Under the pieces are notes generated by a model that did no database searches, had not been told where the DNA came from, and saw only the letters and a program-made list of their open reading frames with translations. This document shows positions 57,168 to 64,000 of a stretch of 64,000 nucleotides of DNA, one piece after another (position 1 is the stretch's first letter; each line of letters begins with the position of its first letter). Location: positions 44,113 through 108,112 of the IMG/VR virus record IMGVR_UViG_3300050194_000011; one strand, written 5' to 3'. The translations under genes were made by a program, and so were the position numbers. The stretch comes from a virus.

Positions 57168-57443
57168 TTATCCTATGATAATTTTAATCTTAGCTTCTTT
57201 AGTGCGTCCGCCAGCAGTGTTAATGACACATGAAACCTCGTATGATTTTGTATCAACTCCTCCGCTTACGAATGCTTTGATTACATTTGAAATTTTCGTT
57301 GATTGAGTGATATACAAGCCATCAGAGCAAGTTACTGTGAAAGATGATATCATATCATTCCCTCTCTTCAGTAACCAAGCACTGAAGTCGAAGTCATAGT
57401 CTATCACTTCAACTGGACTTTTCTTAAATGTTTCTAGAATCAT
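57168..57443 (-). CDS. Fibre-tail adaptor-like small virion protein
   Basis: 91 aa; KKSPVEVIDYDFDFSAWL...SGG....Y.V.C...TAGGRT.E. Confidence 0.6.
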   Translation of the reverse strand: MILETFKKSPVEVIDYDFDFSAWLLKRGNDMISSFTVTCSDGLYITQSTKISNVIKAFVSGGVDTKSYEVSCVINTAGGRTKEAKIKIIIG

Positions 57444-57451
57444 GGTATCCT

Positions 57452-60400
57452 TTAATCTATATTTGGTGGAACTTTTATGGTAGATGTCTGAGCCAAAGAT
57501 TTGATCAATGATACATCAGCACTGATATTTATTTTGGTTTCTTCTGGAAGAACTCTTGTTTCAGATAGATTGTTTTCTATCGAAATCAAATTCTTATCGG
57601 ATAGAATGAATGTAAATGTATCGTAAACAGGAACAATAACTTTTGTTCCTGTCTTATAAACCAGAAGTTTGCTAGTGTCTAGTATTGATGTTGAATCAGA
57701 ATAAACATTGGATTTCAGAGAGATCGATGTTAAGATATCCGATTCAACAGATGTACCAGAAGTTACAGATCCTGCTAGATGAATTTCTGTTGAAAGATAT
57801 CCAGTCGATTCGCTATCTGAAATAACACGAACATGGAAGGCATCACTCAATGTTCCTATCGATACAGAAGATGTTGATTGATTGGATTCGAGTCTAATCG
57901 ATGTAGTGAGATTGGATATTGCAACAGAGCTAACAATCTCATCCGATCTAATTACAATCGAAGTAGACAGATCAGATGTTGTATTACTAGAAGATATCGA
58001 GTTCGAAGCAAATCTAGTAGCAGTTGATATCGTTGCAGATCCACTTGATACACCATAAACAGAAGAATTTAAACTGATTACAGTTGAAAGATTCGAAGTC
58101 GTAGATGCATTAGCAGTGCTAGATCCAACAAATCTGATCGAATTCAATAAAGACGCTGTAGATAGAGCAGACGATAAAGAGTCTGATGATATCTTTATTC
58201 CTGTAGCTAACGATCCATTTGATGCAGCAGATGCAGAGGCATTGCTATTCATCAAAGCTATAAACGATAAAGTTGATCCTGAAACAGATATCGAAGATAC
58301 GTTGGCTGTCAACTTTATCAGAGTTGACATGCTTGCATTTGCTGTATCAACGGATACTAGATTCGAACCAAGTTGAATTCCAGTATTCAGAGCGGCGTTT
58401 GATGTATTCGATACAGCAATAAGAGCAGAGAACAGTCGAGTGATTGTTGTTAGGTTTGCACTTGATGTTGCAGAACTTGATGTAATCGCATTCAATCTAA
58501 TTGCAGATAATAATGCACCAGAAGATACCGATGTAGAATTAGCAAATCCAGATGTTGTTATCTGAGTGAGCAATGCACCAGAATAAGTCGCAGTCGATAA
58601 AACATTACCAACTAGATTGAAATTGGTAGAAAGACTTGCGGTAGAATTTGATACGACAAATAAATCTGATCGGATTAGGGTTGATACATTAATCGATGCA
58701 GTTGAAGAAGAGCTTGCATTAGCATCGCCAGCAAATCTAATATTTGTAGAAAGATTAGATGAAGAAACAGCGGATGATACCGTATCAATCTTGAGTCTGA
58801 TTGCAGTTGTTAATCCAGATGAAGTAGATGCAACGGAACTTACATTGCTGGATATAACAGATATAATTGCTAAATCTGCATTCGTCGAGGCAACAGCTGA
58901 CAGAGTAACATTTAATGGAATTCCAGTTGATATCCCAGAAGAACTCGATGCAACAGTTGATATATTCCCGGATAATCTAATATTCGTAGAAATACCAGAT
59001 GTAGTCGTCGAAGTTGCTAACGCATTACCAGCAATTGGAATTCCAGTTGAAAGACCAGAAGAGCTTAACGAGGAAGCATTTGAATTACCAGAAAGAGGAA
59101 TTCCAGTTGATACCGATGATGTAGCTAATGAAGTAGAATTAACAGATACAACAAGAGGAATTCCGGTTGAAAGATTTGCTGTAGAAACTGTAGAAACAGA
59201 AGATGCACCAGATGCAAATCCAGATGCTATTAAAAGATTAGCAGATGATGCTGAGCTAGAAACAACATCCGATGCTAATTTGATAGATGTTAGAATATTT
59301 GATGATGTGGAAGAGACATCTATCAAATTAGCATTTAGACTGATTGCAGTTGTTATCGAGGAAGAGCTGGATACAGATGCATTGGAATTTCCAACAAGAG
59401 GAATTCCAGTTGAAAGATTCGCAGAACTACTTGCTATTGATGTTAATACAGACGTAATCCTAACATCAGTAGCCATAGATGCTACAGATCCACCTACATT
59501 CAATAAACTAGCACTCAGGTATATCTGTGTACTAAGACTCGAAGAAATCGATGATACAGCGTTTGATGCACCAGCAAGATTAATCTTAGTTGTTATATCT
59601 GCAGATGTTGATTCCGAAGCCGTAGCATTTGCAGATAGATTAACAGGAGTTGAGATACTTCCACTTGATGCAGAAATAGCTGATGTATTACCAACAAGAG
59701 CAATTCCTGTAGATAAAGAAGATGTACTAAATGCTACAGATGATAAAGTAACAGATGGATAGATCTGAGTAGAAATAGATCCATTAGCAGATCCGTTTGA
59801 AGATATCGATCCAGCTAAATTTATCGAAGTAGAAAGAATTCCAGAATTCGTTGAACTAGAAATCGAATTACTAGCTAGGGAGATTCCAGTTAAAAGATTC
59901 GAAGAACTAGAAGATAAGTTGGAAACAACTGCGGTTAGATTGACTGCAGTTGTTATCGAAGAAGAGCTGGATACAATTGTTGATGATGTACCAGAAAGTA
60001 AAATTCCAGTTGATAAAATCGATGATATCGAAGCAACAGAATATAAAGATGTTGGGCTTATTGGAGATGTAGATACTCCAACTCTGCTAGACAATAAAGA
60101 TCCAAATGGACCAGATCCGTATGGATAAGAATAAGATGGAAAATATCTAGGCCCAGTTCCAACTAAGTTCCATAGAACAGAAATCCCAACAGATGAAGAT
60201 GTCGTTGTTCCATTTGAATTTATTACATTACATCTATAAAGAACTCCGATTACAGAATTTGTAACAGGGGATATTATATATGAACTCGATGTCGCTCCTG
60301 CAATATCAACAAAACTTCCAGATGCGTTATTTTGCCATTGATATGATGTAGCTCCTGTTGCTGTTACCGAAAATGTAACATCGCTTCCTGTATTCGTTGT

Positions 60401-61057
60401 TGCATTCGTTGGCTGGGCTGTTATTACAGGAGGGATTGCGCCATTAGGTAATGCTAAAAGAACAGTTTGCCATCCAGCATTTGCTCCTCCAGTCCATGTG
60501 ACAGCTCCGGTAATTGTACCAGCAGAAGCAGAATCAATTCTTTGAATCGATGAAGCTAAGAAATATGCTTCATGATATGTTTGGGAAGTGAATCCGGATG
60601 ATAATGATGGCGATCCACCAAATGCACTAGCTGTAGTATCTAGCGATGATATAAGAATAACATCATCGCCTGCTCCGACAGTAAGACTATTAGTCGTTGT
60701 CGTAAAAGGAGATGAGTTCGCATTTGTCGATAATGTAACAGCGTTTACATTAACTACTCCCGTTCTTCCAGACCATGCGCCTATTGATATTTGATAATCA
60801 GATGTTCCAAGCGTTGGAGTAGGCGTTGGTTCTGACGATCCTGCTGTTTTATACCATATTTCTAAAGTTTGTGTATCTGGACCAGCGAGAGAAGATGAAA
60901 CAATTCTAGTCCATGTTCCATCAAATACAACATTACCATATACAGATGTATCGCATTCAACAAAAGCAACTAATACGTCGCCAGAAACTGTACCAGCAGG
61001 AAGAGCTAGTGTTTCCCCGCCAGATTTAGAAGCATAACTGTAACTACGAAATGCCAT
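57452..61057 (-). CDS. Ser/Thr/Ala-rich repetitive fibre protein with Ig-like domain
   Basis: 1201 aa; N-terminal beta domain, Ig-like ITAQPTNAT...FSVTATGATSYQWQ, then many ~20-aa xxSxxSxSSxxLSTxIxLxx repeats. Confidence 0.6.
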   Translation of the reverse strand: MAFRSYSYASKSGGETLALPAGTVSGDVLVAFVECDTSVYGNVVFDGTWTRIVSSSLAGPDTQTLEIWYKTAGSSEPTPTPTLGTSDYQISIGAWSGRTGVVNVNAVTLSTNANSSPFTTTTNSLTVGAGDDVILISSLDTTASAFGGSPSLSSGFTSQTYHEAYFLASSIQRIDSASAGTITGAVTWTGGANAGWQTVLLALPNGAIPPVITAQPTNATTNTGSDVTFSVTATGATSYQWQNNASGSFVDIAGATSSSYIISPVTNSVIGVLYRCNVINSNGTTTSSSVGISVLWNLVGTGPRYFPSYSYPYGSGPFGSLLSSRVGVSTSPISPTSLYSVASISSILSTGILLSGTSSTIVSSSSSITTAVNLTAVVSNLSSSSSNLLTGISLASNSISSSTNSGILSTSINLAGSISSNGSANGSISTQIYPSVTLSSVAFSTSSLSTGIALVGNTSAISASSGSISTPVNLSANATASESTSADITTKINLAGASNAVSSISSSLSTQIYLSASLLNVGGSVASMATDVRITSVLTSIASSSANLSTGIPLVGNSNASVSSSSSITTAISLNANLIDVSSTSSNILTSIKLASDVVSSSASSANLLIASGFASGASSVSTVSTANLSTGIPLVVSVNSTSLATSSVSTGIPLSGNSNASSLSSSGLSTGIPIAGNALATSTTTSGISTNIRLSGNISTVASSSSGISTGIPLNVTLSAVASTNADLAIISVISSNVSSVASTSSGLTTAIRLKIDTVSSAVSSSNLSTNIRFAGDANASSSSTASINVSTLIRSDLFVVSNSTASLSTNFNLVGNVLSTATYSGALLTQITTSGFANSTSVSSGALLSAIRLNAITSSSATSSANLTTITRLFSALIAVSNTSNAALNTGIQLGSNLVSVDTANASMSTLIKLTANVSSISVSGSTLSFIALMNSNASASAASNGSLATGIKISSDSLSSALSTASLLNSIRFVGSSTANASTTSNLSTVISLNSSVYGVSSGSATISTATRFASNSISSSNTTSDLSTSIVIRSDEIVSSVAISNLTTSIRLESNQSTSSVSIGTLSDAFHVRVISDSESTGYLSTEIHLAGSVTSGTSVESDILTSISLKSNVYSDSTSILDTSKLLVYKTGTKVIVPVYDTFTFILSDKNLISIENNLSETRVLPEETKINISADVSLIKSLAQTSTIKVPPNID

Positions 61058-61066
61058 TTGATTCTA

Positions 61067-61513
61067 TCAAATAGAAAGAGCAGGAAGTTCTGATATGATC
61101 TGATCAACAGATGGAATCGATCGTAGTCCATTATTGACATCATGAAGAATGAGATTACATTTATCCCATACAGCGTCTCTCCAATCAGAGAACGCTCTTC
61201 CTTCTACGCCAAATCTTGGATGATTTGATACAGCGTAGCTAGCTGCAGATAGAATGCTATCATATCCTCTGGACATAGCAGTAGAGTCTAATAGAAATTG
61301 AATTCTATCGATGATATCTTTTTCATATGCTATTGGATCGAAAGGAGCAATAGCAACAATATTTGGAGAATTTCCAGCTTCGATCCAGTTATGATATTCT
61401 ATAAACAATGGATCTTCTATAGATTCACAAGGAGCACAAATTGATCCATCAGAATCTCTAGTTACAATCCCAGTTAATTCATTCAATGTATACATTTTAA
61501 CACTCCGATCCAA
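61067..61513 (-). CDS. Tail fibre assembly-like protein
   Basis: 148 aa; Y..WI.AGN.P, LLD..A..RGYDSI.SAASYA, WRD.VW. Confidence 0.6.
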   Translation of the reverse strand: MDRSVKMYTLNELTGIVTRDSDGSICAPCESIEDPLFIEYHNWIEAGNSPNIVAIAPFDPIAYEKDIIDRIQFLLDSTAMSRGYDSILSAASYAVSNHPRFGVEGRAFSDWRDAVWDKCNLILHDVNNGLRSIPSVDQIISELPALSI

Positions 61514-62702
61514 GATATGTGCTTACCATGTCATATCCAACAGCAAGCAGAGTTGCGTTATTTGTTTTCCAGATTCTAGGAGCAAGTAAAGTTGTTGATT
61601 GTGGAACTATTGTCGCAGCTCCTGTCAATGTATTTGTGTAGATAGCTTCTGTGTTTAAATTCGTGATCTGGACGTAATATGTATTAGCTACACTAGATGG
61701 GGCAAAAATTGCAATTTCAAAAGCTGTCGTGCTTAATGTTGCTCCTGGAAAGTTTGTTGCTCCTAATGCAATCGCTGTTTGTGCTGCTGATCCACCATAT
61801 ACAAGATATAACTGAGTTGCATCTGTTGATAACTGAGCAACGCCTATTGTATTTGTTAACGTGTTAGGCTCTACGTTGGTAGGAGCAGCGACGTTTGAAG
61901 ATATTCCAGCAAAAAATCGTTCACCAGATACAGCCGCAGCGTTAGAAGGAACGAATTGCATTACAAAAAGAAACCCACCACCATTAAGAACAGTACCTGT
62001 TCCACATGTGAATTGAGCAGACGCGGAATATTGATATGCAAGAGCTCCAGCAGTAGCAGCAGAAACATAACCTAATCTTTTCAGGCGAGTTGCTTTATTT
62101 GTTGTAGCAACAGTTCTTGCGGTTGCTGTACCAGTTGTTGTCCATGCAGTTAATCCGGTAACACCTGGAACAGTCGTGGCATTTCCAGGAGGGAGCCACA
62201 ATCCTGGTTTTGCAGATGCTAGGTGATTCTGCATGAGTTGCTCGACTCCATCAGCACCAATGAATGCGAACATTGATCTACCAGCCCATGCTCTTGTATA
62301 GAAAGCAGACGCAGAAGGTGTGGTAATCGTAGCAGTGGCAGCATTGACAGGAAGAACAGATTTTGCTTCGTTATCTATTCCTAATATTTTAGATGAAAGA
62401 GCGGCAATTGCTACATATTTTGTTCCTGCAGCAAGTGTGACTACAGCATTAGCATTTGAAGATTTTAATACTGTCGTTCTAGTTAAAGTACTCGCAGAGC
62501 TATATGTCCCGAGTCCTTCTTCATAGTCTCCAGTTGCATTTCCACTAGCGTCAACAGCCCATAGAGCATACCAACAAGTATCGCCCACGGACATACTGGA
62601 AGCAAATGTCTTGAATCCAGTCAGTCCGCCAGCAAGTGTTAATGCTCCTGTTCCTGTTGACGTTGTACTTTCTAGTACTCTGTCATCAGATATATGAGCC
62701 AT
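61497..62702 (-). CDS. Virion fibre / receptor-binding protein
   Basis: 401 aa; DRVLESTTSTGTGALTL N-terminal anchor and lectin-like C-terminus. Confidence 0.55.
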   Translation of the reverse strand: MAHISDDRVLESTTSTGTGALTLAGGLTGFKTFASSMSVGDTCWYALWAVDASGNATGDYEEGLGTYSSASTLTRTTVLKSSNANAVVTLAAGTKYVAIAALSSKILGIDNEAKSVLPVNAATATITTPSASAFYTRAWAGRSMFAFIGADGVEQLMQNHLASAKPGLWLPPGNATTVPGVTGLTAWTTTGTATARTVATTNKATRLKRLGYVSAATAGALAYQYSASAQFTCGTGTVLNGGGFLFVMQFVPSNAAAVSGERFFAGISSNVAAPTNVEPNTLTNTIGVAQLSTDATQLYLVYGGSAAQTAIALGATNFPGATLSTTAFEIAIFAPSSVANTYYVQITNLNTEAIYTNTLTGAATIVPQSTTLLAPRIWKTNNATLLAVGYDMVSTYLGSEC

Positions 62703-62704
62703 GA

Positions 62705-63175
62705 TTAATTATCGATTTGGAATGTAAGAGCAGCGGCAGTGAATGATGGAGCAGCATCGCCGTTGTTCACAGTCTTGCTTGTCGTCAAGGCACCATAAAC
62801 CAGAAGATTACCAGCAGTGGATGCATCAAAAATACCAAATCCAGTAATCACGCCCCAGCTTGCTGTAGGTGATGGGAATGTGATCGAATTGTTATTTGAA
62901 GTTGTTCCTGAAGTTCCGCTTGATGCAGTAGTCGAAGCAGCAGCTTGAGTACCAGCCCAATTAGCAAGAGTCGATGAAACAGCAACACGAGCATATGAGC
63001 CACCTGATACCTCTGTTCCACCGCCTGTATCAGTAGGATTAGCGGTAAAGAGAGCCATATAGAGCGATGTTGGTCCAGTACCAGCAGCAGCTGATGCGCC
63101 AGTAATACCTAATGCTTGTCCACGGAAGATGAAATCAATAAGTTTGTTTTCGAGAAAGTCGGTCATTGCAGCCAT
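62705..63175 (-). CDS. Conserved phage tail-fibre-associated structural protein
   Basis: 156 aa; MAAMTDFLENKLID, LYMALFTANPTD.GGGTEVSGGSYARV, ITFP.PT..WG.IT.FGIFDA.T.GNLL. Confidence 0.65.
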   Translation of the reverse strand: MAAMTDFLENKLIDFIFRGQALGITGASAAAGTGPTSLYMALFTANPTDTGGGTEVSGGSYARVAVSSTLANWAGTQAAASTTASSGTSGTTSNNNSITFPSPTASWGVITGFGIFDASTAGNLLVYGALTTSKTVNNGDAAPSFTAAALTFQIDN

Positions 63176-63214
63176 GTTATTTTCCTTTTAGAAAGAGGTG
63201 AAATTAATATCAAA

Positions 63215-63222
63215 TATTTAAG
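63215..63222 (-). promoter_or_regulatory. Putative late promoter (CTTAAATA)
   Basis: TAAATA core 40 nt upstream of ATG 63175. Confidence 0.5.
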
Positions 63223-64000
63223 AGAGGTCAACTAGACCATCTTTGTATTTCTTGTGATTGTAGAATGTCATGATTTGTCTTCTGTTTGATTTTCTGGTAC
63301 ATGAAATATGAATCCATGGATTATTTGTAGTCACAGCATACTCAAGCAAGAATTGATCAAAGTTAGGAATACTCTGAGCCAAGTCCAAAGCTATCTTATA
63401 GTATTCTGCTTTCGACACATTTTTGAATTGAAGATCAACAGCTTCTCCGTTAGGATGTTGAGATCTAGCATTTGATGAAGGATATCTAAATCCAGATGTA
63501 ACAAAAACATTTGGATATTTCTTGATCACAAACTCAAGCACATTTAAACAAACATTTTGAAGATTGCATACGATTTCAGCTGATGTTAATCCGTTTTGAT
63601 CTCTAACAGATGCAGAGGATACAGCAGCATGACTAGAAACCTGTCCGAGTGTAAAATTAGGAGATAATCTGAGGTTATCTGGATATCGATCCATCGATGC
63701 AATCTGAGCACATGATGATGGAATCAGATCTTTATTTTTACCAGAAACATTCGATGAGTCTCCTTCGACTGGCTTTTTAGTAGCAGCATCGGCTGATATT
63801 TCACCATTTGCAACAGATTCTTTGATAAAGTTATCGCCTGAGAATGAGTCACCATCTGCTTCGAATAGAACAGCTTTTGAGTCAGATGCTTTAGTCGGAA
63901 CCGGATTAGATTTTATTGATGGACTTGAAGATGTTGTCGGAGCAGATAGCCCAGATGGTACAGAAGCACCACTGTTCATATTGATCATTGCAGCATCCAT
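63218..64000 (-). CDS. C-terminal part of a gp5-like baseplate hub/spike carrying a peptidase M15A domain; 5'-partial
   Basis: Frame open at the window edge; DAAMINMN resembles a gp5 beta-helix end; LSPNFTL, VTSGFR, SQH.NGEAVD, DQFLLEY, WIHIS are M15A Zn-peptidase motifs. Confidence 0.65.
   Translation of the reverse strand: MDAAMINMNSGASVPSGLSAPTTSSSPSIKSNPVPTKASDSKAVLFEADGDSFSGDNFIKESVANGEISADAATKKPVEGDSSNVSGKNKDLIPSSCAQIASMDRYPDNLRLSPNFTLGQVSSHAAVSSASVRDQNGLTSAEIVCNLQNVCLNVLEFVIKKYPNVFVTSGFRYPSSNARSQHPNGEAVDLQFKNVSKAEYYKIALDLAQSIPNFDQFLLEYAVTTNNPWIHISCTRKSNRRQIMTFYNHKKYKDGLVDLS

Noticed and set aside
58617-59762. 381-aa plus-strand ORF (also 58116-58376 and 59919-60128)
   Set aside because: Antisense shadow of the Ser/Thr/Ala repeat gene; its D/E/A/V periodicity mirrors the sense codons, and no RBS or promoter was seen.
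1203-62526. Many other 60-155-aa plus-strand or out-of-frame ORFs in the track (e.g. 6697, 8249, 19857, 33032, 33470, 53190, 54651)
   Set aside because: They overlap well-supported minus-strand genes and have no recognisable motifs.
1-64000. Stop-codon reassignment
   Set aside because: Core genes (gp17, gp18, gp20, gp23, gp6) are full length under code 11 and coding density is high.
1-64000. tRNA, rRNA or other structured RNA genes
   Set aside because: Intergenic gaps are short, and no cloverleaf or recognisable ncRNA was seen by eye; tRNAscan-SE/Infernal were not run.

Overview
A 64-kb segment of a large, AT-rich T4-superfamily myovirus genome (cyanophage/environmental T4-like gene set), covering the late virion-morphogenesis region. 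Nearly all genes are on the minus strand. Recognisable core genes are gp5-like (partial, with a C-terminal M15A peptidase), gp25, gp6, gp7, gp8, gp17, gp18, gp19, gp20, gp67, gp21, gp22, gp23, gp3 and a DUF4815/VrlC-type structural protein. The window also holds several fibre/receptor-binding proteins, a holin candidate, an i-spanin/o-spanin pair (so a Gram-negative host), a Dps-like gene, T4-type late promoters (TAAATA) and UUCG terminators. The only substantial plus-strand gene is a free-standing Hef-like endonuclease with its own sigma70 promoter. The most unusual part is a ~21-kb accessory block between gp23 and gp3. It contains (i) putative capsid-packaged internal proteins with T4-like capsid-targeting/gp21-cleavage leaders; (ii) a family of small 26-aa LRV/HEAT-like repeat genes, five in the block plus a sixth between gp17 and gp18, with a constant scaffold, variable helix-face residues and modules shared at near nucleotide identity; these alternate with the internal-protein genes, are often bounded by ATGA overlaps, and one splits the spanin pair; and (iii) one of two signal-peptide-bearing beta-helix paralogues (the other starts at 1540, runs off the window edge and is missing from the ORF track). 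All product calls come from recalled motifs and synteny. No database search or structure prediction was run.
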